Notes under the pieces: model-generated | Seen by the model: only the letters and a program-made list of their open reading frames with translations | Told to the model about the DNA's origin: nothing | Database searches by the model: none | Part shown: positions 1-9,653 of the stretch, one piece after another | Layout: every line of letters begins with the position of its first letter | Numbering within the stretch: the stretch's first letter is position 1 | NCBI GenBank assembly: GCA_016234405.1 | Contig: JACRCC010000002.1 | Span: forward strand, 1-62,745 | DNA: 62,745 bases | From: Deltaproteobacteria bacterium | GTDB taxonomy: Bacteria; Desulfobacterota; GWC2-55-46 | Reading direction: 5' to 3' | Translations under genes and position numbers: made by a program

Positions 1-34
1 GTCGAGGCCCGAGTATGAAAGACTCCTTAGCCGG

Positions 35-451
35 GTGGCCGCCATACCCGAGGTCGGCAAGGAAAATATCCTCGTCGTAGAGCAAGACGAGGTGATGATA
101 GAGGCGTTCAACACCTTGCTGTGCGAGCATGGGATAATAGAAACGGCACGGAGCAGCGACGAGGCATTCGAAAAACTCAAAGACAAGTACTACGCGGTCA
201 TCGTTACGGACGTGGGCGTCGAGTCCGACGACGGGATAGAGTTCTACAAAAAGGCCGTGGAGCGTTTTCCGGGCATAAATAAAAGGTTTTTATTTCTGAC
301 CGAATACGACTCCGATTACATGACCTTCCTCGAAAACAACGGTCTCAGATACTTCGAAAAGCCGTCCTCCATAAAGGACATAAAGACCGCCGTGTCCGAG
401 ACCATCATGGCCTGCGCCGGCTATGACGCGGGGGGGGGGGGGGGGGGGTAG
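35..451 (+). CDS. CheY-like receiver (REC) domain protein. The frame is open back to nt 2, so it may be the C-terminal domain of a longer protein starting upstream of the window.
   Basis: The ILVVEQDE ... AVIVTDVGV ... FEKP layout is typical of REC domains. The first in-window start is GTG 35. There is no in-frame stop between nt 2 and 35. The C-terminus runs through a G19 tract, giving a GGGGGG tail before TAG 449-451. Confidence 0.6.
   Translation: MAAIPEVGKENILVVEQDEVMIEAFNTLLCEHGIIETARSSDEAFEKLKDKYYAVIVTDVGVESDDGIEFYKKAVERFPGINKRFLFLTEYDSDYMTFLENNGLRYFEKPSSIKDIKTAVSETIMACAGYDAGGGGGG
430..448. repeat. G19 homopolymer tract at the 3' end of the REC CDS
   Basis: Direct count of 19 consecutive G from 430 to 448, immediately followed by TAG. 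Confidence 0.9.
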
Positions 452-496
452 CTGCCCCGCCGCAGCCTCTCGGCCATGAGAACGTGAGGCCATGAA

Positions 497-569
497 GGTT
501 ATCGGTTATCCCTTATCGGTAAAACGGATAACCGTTTTGTCTTTACCGATAACCGTTTACCGATAACCG
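497..569. repeat. GGTTATCGG / CCGATAACC palindromic intergenic element, copy A
   Basis: The sequence ggttatcggttatcccttatcggtaaaacggataaccgttttgtctttaccgataaccgtttaccgataaccg is an approximate reverse complement of the element at 9570-9636. Confidence 0.8.
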
Positions 570-570
570 A

Positions 571-1302
571 ATGGAACATTTCAAAGACGTCATAAAACCA
601 AAAAACTGGCTTGAGTCCTTAAACTGCGCCATCGAGGGCGTGATATACGCATTCAAGACCCAGAGGCACGTGCGCTATCACTACGCGCTCGCCGCCTGCG
701 CGCTCCTTATAAGTTTATTTCTGAAACTGCCGATGGTGGAATTTGCGCTCTTCGCCTTGTCGGTCGTAATACTCCTTTTTGCGGAGATGATAAATACGGC
801 CATAGAAGAGGCGGTGAACCTCATCGAAGACAAACACCACGTATTGGCCAAAAACGCGAAGGACGTCTCGGCCGGGGCGGTCTTGATATCTTCCATAGGC
901 GTTGCGATAATGGGGTACATGATATTTTCAAAATATCTCCATGAACCGATGGGCATGGCCCTGCGCGAGGCGCGCCTTTTCACCGCGCATATCGCGGTGA
1001 TAGCCCTTCTCCTTGTCCTCATATCGGTCGTGGTCTTGAAGGCCACGCTCGGCAAGGGTCAACCGCTGCACGGGGGGATGCCGAGCGGGCACGCGGCCGT
1101 TGCGTTTTCGCTATTCACGTCCGTGAGTCTTCTTACCCTTGAGCCTATGGTGGTCATACTCTCTTTTATCATGGCCGTGATGGTAAGCCACTCGAGGCTC
1201 GTGGGCGGCATACACACGCGGTTGGAGATATTCGCGGGGTCCATTCTCGGCCTCGGCCTTACCCTTCTTATCTTCTGGCTTTTCTCCGTAATCGCAAGAT
1301 GA
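571..1302 (+). CDS. Fusion protein: DgkA-family lipid kinase (diacylglycerol/undecaprenol kinase) N-terminal domain plus PAP2 acid-phosphatase C-terminal domain
   Basis: The N-terminal half has DgkA-like motifs (EGVIYAFKTQRH, EMINTAIEEAVN, AKNAKDVSAGAV). The C-terminal half has PAP2 signature motifs (PSGH and SHSRLVGGIHT...E). The whole protein is multi-TM. Confidence 0.75.
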   Translation: MEHFKDVIKPKNWLESLNCAIEGVIYAFKTQRHVRYHYALAACALLISLFLKLPMVEFALFALSVVILLFAEMINTAIEEAVNLIEDKHHVLAKNAKDVSAGAVLISSIGVAIMGYMIFSKYLHEPMGMALREARLFTAHIAVIALLLVLISVVVLKATLGKGQPLHGGMPSGHAAVAFSLFTSVSLLTLEPMVVILSFIMAVMVSHSRLVGGIHTRLEIFAGSILGLGLTLLIFWLFSVIAR

Positions 1303-2849
1303 CGAAAAAAATCCTCGCACTATCGGCCTTGACGGGAGCCGTTCTCGTCTTCGCGTTCCCCCCTATCGGGCTTGGGTTCGTCGCGTACTTCGCCTTCGTG
1401 CCCCTGATGTTCGCGCTCCACGGGCAAACCCGGCTTCGCGGTCTTGCCCTCGGCTTTATTGCAGGGTTCGTATTTTTCGCCGGCACGGTCTACTGGGTCG
1501 TTCATTCGATGTATTACTACGGCGGGGTGCCGGTCTTCATAAGCATCCCGGTGATGTTTGCGCTTGCGGCGTATCTCGCTGTTTACTTCGCGCTCTTTGG
1601 GCTTTTCTTTCCGGTCTTTTCGGCCCGCGCCCCCGTCTTTCGCGTCGCGGCGGTCTCCGCCCTGTGGGTCTCGATCGAATACCTGAGGGGCAATCTATTC
1701 ACGGGTTTCCCGTGGGCGCTGCTCGGATATTCTCAGACTCCGTATCTGCCGGTCATCCAGATAGCCGATATAACGGGCGTATCGGGCCTGTCGTTCATCG
1801 TAATGGCAATCAATGCGGCGTTTTTTTTCTCCATCAAAAGTTTTGTGGATAAGGAAAAAACGAGGCCGGTCATTGAATTAGTTACAATCGCCGCGCTCTT
1901 TGCCGCAACGCTCATTTACGGTTTTGTGAGGATAGAGCAGGTTGATTCCGAGGCGGCAAAGCGGGGCGGTTTTAAGGCGGCTATCGCGCAAGGCTCAATA
2001 GACCAGTCCGTCAAATGGGACAGGTCCCTGCGCTCCAAGACAATCGAGATATATAAATCCTTGAGCATCGAGGCCGCGAAAAAAGGGGCGTCCTTCATGC
2101 TTTGGCCCGAGACCGCGGCGCCGTTTTTCCTCGGGGTCAACAAAGATGAGACGGACGCCGTTACGGACGCGGCCGTTCAATCGAAAGCCTATATATTGAC
2201 GGGCGCGCCCGCCTTCTCCTATAATGGCGACGTAGGCGGATATAAATATTTCAACAGCGCGTATCTCATAGACGGCAAGGGCGCAATAACCGGCAGATAC
2301 GATAAGTTCCACCTCGTGCCTTACGGCGAGTACGTGCCGCTCAAGAGGTTTTTTCCGTTCATCAAAAAACTCACCGTGGGCGTCGGGGCTTTTGCCGAGG
2401 GCAGGGGGCCTTACCCCATAGGCTTTACCGGCGGCGACATAGGCGTCCTTATATGTTACGAGGCCATATTCCCAGAGATTGCGCGTGAGACCGTAAAAAA
2501 CGGCGCAGCGTTTCTCGTCAACATCACCAACGACGCATGGTTCGGGACGACCTCTGCCCCGTATCAGCACTTCGAGATGTCGCGTATGCGCGCAGTCGAA
2601 AATAGGGTTTATATGATGCGCGCCGCCAACACCGGCATCAGCGCGTTCATCGCCCCTTCCGGCAGGGTCATCGCCATGACCGGACTTTTTGAAAGGACGT
2701 TCATAGCGGAAAAGGTTGGGATAAAAAACGCCGCACGGATGGGCTTTTACACGCGCTTTGGCGACGTCTTTGCTTACGGGTGTTTGTTGTTTATTGCCGT
2801 GTTTTTATTGACGCGCTTGAGAAGAGGAGGACTAATAAAAAATGTTTGA
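1299..2849 (+). CDS. lnt: Apolipoprotein N-acyltransferase
   Basis: 516 aa with a polytopic N-terminus plus a nitrilase-type CN-hydrolase domain (WPE, CYEAIFPE, NITNDAWFG). There is an ATGA overlap with the upstream gene. Confidence 0.9.
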   Translation: MTKKILALSALTGAVLVFAFPPIGLGFVAYFAFVPLMFALHGQTRLRGLALGFIAGFVFFAGTVYWVVHSMYYYGGVPVFISIPVMFALAAYLAVYFALFGLFFPVFSARAPVFRVAAVSALWVSIEYLRGNLFTGFPWALLGYSQTPYLPVIQIADITGVSGLSFIVMAINAAFFFSIKSFVDKEKTRPVIELVTIAALFAATLIYGFVRIEQVDSEAAKRGGFKAAIAQGSIDQSVKWDRSLRSKTIEIYKSLSIEAAKKGASFMLWPETAAPFFLGVNKDETDAVTDAAVQSKAYILTGAPAFSYNGDVGGYKYFNSAYLIDGKGAITGRYDKFHLVPYGEYVPLKRFFPFIKKLTVGVGAFAEGRGPYPIGFTGGDIGVLICYEAIFPEIARETVKNGAAFLVNITNDAWFGTTSAPYQHFEMSRMRAVENRVYMMRAANTGISAFIAPSGRVIAMTGLFERTFIAEKVGIKNAARMGFYTRFGDVFAYGCLLFIAVFLLTRLRRGGLIKNV

Positions 2850-3976
2850 AGAGATAAAGGAAAAGCTCAAAGGCGCAAAGGTCAAATATGACGAGCTGCG
2901 GAGTTTTCTTTGACCAGGACGCCAAGAAAAAAGAACTGCTTGAGATAGAGGCGCGCTTGTCCGACGCCGCGCTCTGGGCGGACCAAGCGGCCGCGCAAAA
3001 GCTCATGAAGCGAAAGGCCGCGCTCAACGCGGCCGTGCTTGAAGCCGAGCGCATAAGGGCGGCCATCGTTGACGCTGAGGCGCTCCTTGAGCTGGCCGAC
3101 GAGGCGCACGACGCCGTGACGGCCAAAGAGGCGGAGGAAAGGCTGAACTCCGCCGTCGAGTCCATTAACGCCGTTAGCATAAGGCGGATGCTCGGGGGCA
3201 CGGACGACAAGTTAAACGCCATAGTGTCCATCCACCCGGGGGCAGGCGGCACCGAGGCGCAAGACTGGGCGGACATGCTCCTGCGCATGTATCTGCGATG
3301 GGCCGAGAAAAAAGAATATGCGGTTACGGTCGTAGACATTCTTCCGGGCATGGATGCCGGGATCAAGAGCGTAACGTTCACGGTTGCGGGCGAATACGCC
3401 TACGGGTATTTGAAGGCCGAGGTGGGCGTGCACAGGCTCGTGAGGATATCCCCGTATGACGCCAATAAAAGGCGGCACACGTCGTTTGCGTCGGTCTTCG
3501 TCTATCCGGAGGTCGCGGACGACATAGAGATAGAGATAAACGAGGCGGACTTGAAGGTTGACACCTTTCGCTCAGGCGGCGCGGGCGGACAGAACGTAAA
3601 CAAGGTCGAGACCGCCATACGCATAACGCACGTGCCCACGGGCATCATCGTCCAGTGCCAGAACGAGAGGAGCCAGCATAAAAACAGGGCCTTGGCCATG
3701 AAGCTCTTGAAATCGCGCCTCTATGACCTGAAGCGGAAGGAGCAGGAGGAGAAGATGCAGGAGTACCACAAGGAAAAACGCGACATCGCATGGGGGTCGC
3801 AAATACGCTCGTACGTTTTGCAGCCCTATCGCCTTGTCAAAGACCACAGGACGGGCATAGAGAGCGGCAACGTGGACGCGGTGCTGGACGGGGCGATTGA
3901 CGCCTTCATAGAGGGGTTTTTGCTCAAACGGAGCGCTGCCCCGTTTTCTTTTGACAAACCTCGCTCGATTACTTAA
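2842..3976 (+). CDS. prfB: Peptide chain release factor 2, requiring a programmed +1 frameshift (frame 0 is 2842-2910, frame +1 is 2912-3976)
   Basis: ATG 2842 opens a short frame that ends at CTT TGA C (2908-2914). The +1 frame continues as D-Q-D-A-K... into a full RF2 with SPYD, the GGQ motif ([11 protein letters not shown]) and RSQHKNR. Confidence 0.9.
2908..2914 (+). other. RF2 autoregulatory +1 frameshift site CTT TGA C
   Basis: The classic slippery CUU followed by an in-frame UGA-C. A weak SD-like GGAG lies a few nt upstream at 2899-2902. Confidence 0.85.
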
Positions 3977-4032
3977 AATGAAAAATTACACCTTATCCCG
4001 GATATTCAGGTCTTTACAGGCGGACGTCAAAA

Positions 4033-5832
4033 GTGACCGACAAAAATAAGATACGCAATTTTTCGATAATCGCCCACATAGACCACGGCAAATCCACGCT
4101 CTCGGACAGGCTCCTTGAGTTCACCGGCGCGATTACCAAGCGAGAGATGATTGACCAGTTCCTCGATAAGATGGAGCTTGAAAGGGAGCGCGGCGTAACA
4201 ATCAAGGCCCAGACCGCGAGGCTCAACTATCGCGCCGCGGACGGCTTGGATTATGTTTTGAATCTCATTGACACGCCCGGGCACGTGGATTTCAGCTACG
4301 AGGTGAGCCGGTCGCTTTCGGCCTGCGAAGGCGCGGTGCTCATCGTGGACGCCTCTCAGGGCGTGGAGGCCCAGACCGTGGCGCATCTTTACACCGCAGT
4401 TGACGTGGGCCTTGAGATATTTCCGGTGTTGAATAAGATTGATTTGCCGGCCTCTGACCCGGAGAGAATCAAAAAGGAGATAGAAGAGGTCTTGGGCATT
4501 GATGCCTCGCGATCAGTCCTTACGAGCGCAAAAGAGGGCATCGGCATAAAAGACGTGCTCGAGGCCATCGTAACTCGGATACCCCCGCCCAAGGGGGATG
4601 CGTCCGCGCCGTTGAAGGCCCTCGTATTTGATTGTTGGTACGATAATTATCAGGGCGTGGTCGTGCAGATAAGGGTTTTCGACGGCTCCGTAAAGCAGGG
4701 CACAAAGATAAAGTTCTTCGCCACCGGCAAGGTCTTCGAGGTTGACAAGGTCGGGGTCTTCGCGCCGTTTCCCAAGGAGGCCGCGGAACTTGGCGTGGGA
4801 GAGGTCGGGTTCGTGGTGGCGGGCATCAAAGAGGTCAGGGACACTACCGTCGGAGACACCATCACTGACGCGGACAACCCCGCTGCAGAGCCTTTCCCGG
4901 GTTACAAGCCCGCCAAGTCAATGGTCTTTGCCGGCCTGTATCCCGTGGATTCCGCGCAGTACGAGAACTTGAAAGACGCGGTGGTGAAGTTGAGACTCAA
5001 CGACTCGGCCTTCACCTTCGAGCCGGAGACGTCTCTTGCGCTCGGTTTTGGTTTCAGGTGCGGGTTTTTGGGGCTTTTTCACATGGAGATAATTCAGGAG
5101 AGGCTTGAGAGGGAATACGGGCTGAATCTAATCACCACTGCGCCGACGGTCGTCTACAGGGTTACAAAGACCGACGGCGCGAGCATAAATATTGACAACC
5201 CGGCGGCCCTGCCGAGTCCGCAGTATATTGACTTCATAGAAGAGCCTTTTATCCTTGCCGCAATTCACATGCCTTCCGAGTATCTTGGCGCGGTCTTGGG
5301 GCTTTGCGAGGCCAAGAGGGGCATCCAGAGGGAGATAAAGTATCTGTCCACGCTGCGGATTAAGCTCATTTACGAAATCCCATTGAACGAAGTGGTCCTC
5401 GATTTTTACGATAAATTAAAGACGCTCAGTAAGGGTTACGCCTCGATGGATTACGAGTATCTGGATTTCAGAAAGTCGGATTTGATAAAGCTCGACATAC
5501 TCATCAACGGCGAGGGCGTGGACGCGCTCTCCGTCATCGTCCCGCGTGAGAGGGCATTTGGGCGCGGCAAAGAACTGGCCGAGAAGATGAAGGAGATAAT
5601 ACCGAGGCAGATGTTCGAGGTGGCCATACAGGCCGCCATAGGCAGCCGGGTCATAGCGCGTGAGACGGTCAAGGCCATGAGGAAAAACGTCACCGCGAAG
5701 TGCTACGGCGGGGACATCACGAGAAAGAGAAAGCTCATCGAGAAGCAGAAAGAAGGAAAAAAACGCATGAAGCAGGTCGGCAAAGTGGAACTCCCGCAGG
5801 AGGCGTTTCTTGCGGTGTTGAAGGTCGGATAA
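4033..5832 (+). CDS. lepA: Elongation factor 4 (translational GTPase LepA)
   Basis: [30 protein letters not shown] and NKIDL G-motifs. 599 aa. The characteristic LepA C-terminus is ...[26 protein letters not shown] start. Confidence 0.95.
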   Translation: MTDKNKIRNFSIIAHIDHGKSTLSDRLLEFTGAITKREMIDQFLDKMELERERGVTIKAQTARLNYRAADGLDYVLNLIDTPGHVDFSYEVSRSLSACEGAVLIVDASQGVEAQTVAHLYTAVDVGLEIFPVLNKIDLPASDPERIKKEIEEVLGIDASRSVLTSAKEGIGIKDVLEAIVTRIPPPKGDASAPLKALVFDCWYDNYQGVVVQIRVFDGSVKQGTKIKFFATGKVFEVDKVGVFAPFPKEAAELGVGEVGFVVAGIKEVRDTTVGDTITDADNPAAEPFPGYKPAKSMVFAGLYPVDSAQYENLKDAVVKLRLNDSAFTFEPETSLALGFGFRCGFLGLFHMEIIQERLEREYGLNLITTAPTVVYRVTKTDGASINIDNPAALPSPQYIDFIEEPFILAAIHMPSEYLGAVLGLCEAKRGIQREIKYLSTLRIKLIYEIPLNEVVLDFYDKLKTLSKGYASMDYEYLDFRKSDLIKLDILINGEGVDALSVIVPRERAFGRGKELAEKMKEIIPRQMFEVAIQAAIGSRVIARETVKAMRKNVTAKCYGGDITRKRKLIEKQKEGKKRMKQVGKVELPQEAFLAVLKVG

Positions 5833-5856
5833 ATTCACAGCCGCGAAAATACTAAA

Positions 5857-6531
5857 ATGAACGGGTGGGTAATGGGGATTAAAGGCAAGAAGAAAAATAC
5901 CGCAAGGGAGATAGCCGAGGCAATCGTAATAGCCCTCGCGTTGGCGCTCATCATCCGCGCATTCGTCATTCAGGCGTTTAAGATACCATCCGGGTCAATG
6001 GAGGACACGCTCCTTATCGGAGATCAGATAATAATCAGCAAGTTTGCCTACGGGATTCAAGTCCCCAAGCCGGCCATGATAGAGGTCTTAGGCGTCAGGG
6101 TTCCGTTTTTCGAGACCAAACTCTACCGCGCGTGGGGCGCGCTGGAAAGGGGAGACGTAATCGTATTCAGATACCCCGGGGACAGGGACAAGGACTACAT
6201 AAAGCGCGTGGTCGGCCTGCCGGGAGAGAGGGTCGAGCTTAAAGACAGGGTCATATACATAAACGGCGCGAAGTGGGACGAAAAATACGGCGTGCACAAG
6301 GGGACTCAGTTTGGCGAGACCGCCGAGAAAAACATAAACTTCGGCCCGTATACGGTGCCGGATGGACAGGTCTTCGTCATGGGGGACAACAGGGAGCGGA
6401 GTTCGGATTCGCGCTACTGGGGAACGCTGCCGATATACGACATAAAAGGCAAGGCGTTCATCATATACTGGTCGTGGGATTCGGGGGCAAGCTGGCTGCG
6501 GTTGAGGAGGCTCGGCAACATAGTCCGCTGA
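5857..6531 (+). CDS. lepB: Signal peptidase I
   Basis: S26 motifs are present: PSGSMEDTL, YIKRVVGLPGE, GDNRERSSDSRYWG. It sits downstream of lepA, as in many bacteria. The start could be ATG 5857 or 5872. Confidence 0.9.
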   Translation: MNGWVMGIKGKKKNTAREIAEAIVIALALALIIRAFVIQAFKIPSGSMEDTLLIGDQIIISKFAYGIQVPKPAMIEVLGVRVPFFETKLYRAWGALERGDVIVFRYPGDRDKDYIKRVVGLPGERVELKDRVIYINGAKWDEKYGVHKGTQFGETAEKNINFGPYTVPDGQVFVMGDNRERSSDSRYWGTLPIYDIKGKAFIIYWSWDSGASWLRLRRLGNIVR

Positions 6532-6598
6532 ACGCCAAAAAATCGTTGCAGGTTTAACCCGTTGGTGTTATAAGGCGGCTGAGGAGTCTTTTTAAACC

Positions 6599-7603
6599 AT
6601 GACCAAAGACATACATGGTTGTATCAAGGACTTTCTCGTCTACCTTGACGTGGAACGCAACGCATCCCTCAACACGAGGCTCGGTTATGAGCGGGATTTG
6701 GGGCAATTCGTTTTGTTTTTAAAGTCCGGTTCAACGGCAGACCCGGAGGAGGTAAGGGAAGAAGACGTAACCGCGTTTATTTACAAGCTCCACGGCGTTG
6801 TCAAGAAAAGCTCCATCGCAAGGAAGCTCTCCTCGATAAGGTCGTTTTTTTCATTTCTTGTCAAAAAAGAGGCGCTTGCGAAAAACCCGGCCGGCCTCGT
6901 GCCCGCGCCTAAGGCGGATAAGTTCCTCCCGTCCGTCCTTACCGCGGAGGAGGCCGAAGCGCTCGTAACGGCCCCCGGCAAGCCCGGCAAGGGGGACAAA
7001 GGCGGGAAAAACCCTCCTGCCCCTGCGCGCTCCCCGATTAAACTTGTCCCCGCGTGTAGTAAGCGGGGGACGCCCGGAGACAAGCTTAAACCGGGGACGG
7101 TCTTGAGAGACTTGGCTGTCCTTGAGACGCTTTATTCCTCCGGCATAAGGGTCTCTGAGTTGATTGGTCTTGACATGAAAGACGTTGACCTTACTGAAGG
7201 CACGTTCAAGGCGCTTGGTAAGGGCGGAAAAGAACGCATCTGCTTTCTCGGCCGTTACGCGGCCGGCTCTCTCGGCGCTTATATGAAGAGCGAGAGGGCG
7301 GGGGCCGCAGGCCATGCCCCGCTCTTTACCGGCAGGGGTAAAGGGAGGATGACGCAAAGGACCGTGCAAAGGGTCGTCAAGAGGCATGTGGAAAAAAGCG
7401 GCATAAATAAAACCCCGACCCCGCACTCGCTGCGCCACTCCTTTGCAACGCATCTCCTCGACGCGGGCGTGGATTTGAGGGCCATTCAAGAGATGCTCGG
7501 CCACAGCAAACTCTCGACCACGCAGAGATACACCAAGGTCGGCATAGCCGCCATCATGGCCGCTTATGACAATGCCCATCCGAGGGCCAAATCAGGAAAG
7601 TAA
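6599..7603 (+). CDS. xerC: Tyrosine site-specific recombinase XerC/CodV type, with an unusual K/P/G-rich insertion of about 40 aa between the core-binding and catalytic domains
   Basis: The N-terminal SAM-like domain motif is YLDVERNASLNTRLGYERDL. Catalytic motifs are LYSSGIRVSEL, HSLRHSFATHLL and LGHSKLSTTQRYT. xerC-hslV-hslU synteny is known from the Bacillus codV-clpQ-clpY locus. Confidence 0.85.
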   Translation: MTKDIHGCIKDFLVYLDVERNASLNTRLGYERDLGQFVLFLKSGSTADPEEVREEDVTAFIYKLHGVVKKSSIARKLSSIRSFFSFLVKKEALAKNPAGLVPAPKADKFLPSVLTAEEAEALVTAPGKPGKGDKGGKNPPAPARSPIKLVPACSKRGTPGDKLKPGTVLRDLAVLETLYSSGIRVSELIGLDMKDVDLTEGTFKALGKGGKERICFLGRYAAGSLGAYMKSERAGAAGHAPLFTGRGKGRMTQRTVQRVVKRHVEKSGINKTPTPHSLRHSFATHLLDAGVDLRAIQEMLGHSKLSTTQRYTKVGIAAIMAAYDNAHPRAKSGK

Positions 7604-7614
7604 AAGGGTGATTT

Positions 7615-8172
7615 ATGGCAGACACGCGTGATTCGACATCAACCGGTTTTCACGGGACAACCGTCATATCCGTGCGCAGGAACGGCAAGGTCGCCATTGC
7701 CGGAGACGGTCAGGTAACGCTCGGGGCAACGGTCATGAAAAAAGGCGCGGTCAAGATTAGGAAGATGCGGGCCGGCTCCGTGCTCTCCGGGTTCGCGGGG
7801 TCAACGTCGGACGCCCTGACGCTTTTTGACAAATTCGAGTCGAAGTTGGAGGAGTATAGGGGCAACATCACGAGGGCAGCGGTGGAGCTTGGCAAAGACT
7901 GGAGGACGGATAAGATTCTCCGCAGGCTCGAAGCCCTCCTGATAGTGGCCGACAAGGAGCATACGTTCGTAATTTCCGGCAGCGGCGACGTTATCGAGCC
8001 TGAAGACGGTATCGCGTCCATCGGCTCGGGCGGGCCTTACGCGCTCGCCGCGGCAAAGATGCTCCTGAAGCACACGGACATGGACGCGCGCGCGATAGTC
8101 GAGGAGGCGATAAAGACCGCCTCCGAGATTTGTATATATACAAACGACAAGATAACAGCCGACGAACTTTAG
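7615..8172 (+). CDS. hslV: ATP-dependent protease subunit HslV
   Basis: [24 protein letters not shown] with an N-terminal Thr nucleophile context. 185 aa. Confidence 0.95.
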   Translation: MADTRDSTSTGFHGTTVISVRRNGKVAIAGDGQVTLGATVMKKGAVKIRKMRAGSVLSGFAGSTSDALTLFDKFESKLEEYRGNITRAAVELGKDWRTDKILRRLEALLIVADKEHTFVISGSGDVIEPEDGIASIGSGGPYALAAAKMLLKHTDMDARAIVEEAIKTASEICIYTNDKITADEL

Positions 8173-8183
8173 AGGAGTTTCGC

Positions 8184-9566
8184 ATGAAGAGCTTTACGCC
8201 GAGGGAGATAGTCTCGGAGCTTGACAAATACATCATCGGACAGGGGTCTGCCAAGAGGGCGGTAGCCATAGCGCTCCGTAACCGTTGGAGGCGCCAGCAG
8301 GTGAGCGCGGAGCTGCGCGACGAGATTTCCCCCAAAAACATCATCATGATAGGCCCGACGGGGGTGGGCAAGACCGAGATATCGAGGAGGCTCGCAAAGC
8401 TCGCGCAGGCGCCGTTCATAAAGGTGGAGGCGAGCAAATTCACCGAGGTAGGCTACGTCGGCAGGGACGTGGAGAGCATCATACGGGACTTGACCGAATT
8501 GTCCGTCAAGATGGTCAAGGACGAGGAAAAGGAAAGGGTTGTCTTGAAGGCAAAGGACGCGGCAGAGGAGAGGATGCTCGATTATCTGCTGCCCCCGGTC
8601 CATAGTGCGGGGGCGCCGTCCCCGCCGGAAAATCAGTCTCTCGCGGAAACCGATTATGAGAAGGGTCTGCGAGACCGCGACGCCCACAAGGCCACGCGCG
8701 AAAAGTTTAGGCTGCTTTTCAGGGAAGGAAAACTCAACGACAGGGCTGTCGAGATAGAGACCGTCGAACAGAAGATGCCGGTCATCGAGATACTGTCGAG
8801 TTCCGGCGCGGAAGAGATGGACATGAACCTCAAGGACATGTTCTCCAATATCTTTCCGAAAAAGACGCGCAGGAGAAAGTTGAAGGTGCCGGAAGCCCTG
8901 CAGATTATCATACAGGAGGAGACGCAAAAACTCATTGACATGGACAGGGTCGTAAAAGACGCGATTGAGAGGGTCGAGCAGGCGGGCATCGTTTTCATTG
9001 ACGAGATAGACAAGATAGCCGGTAGACAGGCCGGCAACACCCCTGACATCTCGAGGGAGGGCGTCCAGCGCGACCTCCTGCCGATAGTCGAGGGTTCGAT
9101 TGTAAACACGAAATACGGAATGGTCAAAACCGACCACATACTTTTTATCGCGTCCGGGGCATTTCACGTTGCAAAGCCTTCGGACCTTATCCCGGAATTT
9201 CAGGGCAGGTTTCCGATAAGGGTGGAGCTGACCACGCTCGGCGAGGACGATTTTATCCGCATACTCACTGAGCCGGAAAACGCGCTGTTGAAGCAGTATA
9301 CGGCCCTGCTTGCCACCGAAGGCGTCATCGTTACCTACACGGACGACGGCGTCAGGGAGATAGCCGTCACGGCCACGCTCGTCAACGACCGCATGGAGAA
9401 CATCGGCGCGCGCAGACTCCACACCGTGATGGAGAGGGTCTTTGACGAAATCTCCTTTGACGCCCCGGACATGGGCGGAAAAAAAGTCGTCATTGACAGG
9501 GCATACGTGAGCAAAAGATTGTCTGACATTGTGAAGGACGAGGACCTGTCGAAGTACATACTCTAA
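8184..9566 (+). CDS. hslU: ATP-dependent protease ATPase subunit HslU
   Basis: [31 protein letters not shown], a Walker A motif ([15 protein letters not shown]), and the C-terminal DLSKYIL. ATG 8184 is preferred (GAGG 8 nt upstream) over the ORF-track start 8130, which overlaps hslV. Confidence 0.93.
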   Translation: MKSFTPREIVSELDKYIIGQGSAKRAVAIALRNRWRRQQVSAELRDEISPKNIIMIGPTGVGKTEISRRLAKLAQAPFIKVEASKFTEVGYVGRDVESIIRDLTELSVKMVKDEEKERVVLKAKDAAEERMLDYLLPPVHSAGAPSPPENQSLAETDYEKGLRDRDAHKATREKFRLLFREGKLNDRAVEIETVEQKMPVIEILSSSGAEEMDMNLKDMFSNIFPKKTRRRKLKVPEALQIIIQEETQKLIDMDRVVKDAIERVEQAGIVFIDEIDKIAGRQAGNTPDISREGVQRDLLPIVEGSIVNTKYGMVKTDHILFIASGAFHVAKPSDLIPEFQGRFPIRVELTTLGEDDFIRILTEPENALLKQYTALLATEGVIVTYTDDGVREIAVTATLVNDRMENIGARRLHTVMERVFDEISFDAPDMGGKKVVIDRAYVSKRLSDIVKDEDLSKYIL

Positions 9567-9569
9567 TGA

Positions 9570-9636
9570 CGGTTATCGGTAAAGACAAAACAGTTGTTCG
9601 TTTTACCGTTAACCGATAACGGATACCCGATAACCG
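9570..9636. repeat. GGTTATCGG / CCGATAACC palindromic element, copy B (inverted relative to copy A)
   Basis: The sequence cggttatcggtaaagacaaaacagttgttcgttttaccgttaaccgataacggatacccgataaccg starts 4 nt after the hslU stop. A partial third copy lies at 54579-54592. Confidence 0.8.
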
Positions 9637-9653
9637 TCTTTTAAGGAGGCGGA

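Noticed and set aside
6599-7603. The tyrosine recombinase as a marker of an integrated prophage or integrative element.
   Set aside because: It has the XerC/CodV-type N-terminal domain and the conserved xerC-hslV-hslU synteny. No phage, att-like tRNA or mobility genes flank it.
8130-8183. The upstream extension of hslU given by the ORF track (start 8130, overlapping hslV by 43 nt).
   Set aside because: The conserved HslU N-terminus (M..LTPREIV) begins at ATG 8184, which has a GAGG SD. The extension encodes non-conserved sequence inside hslV.
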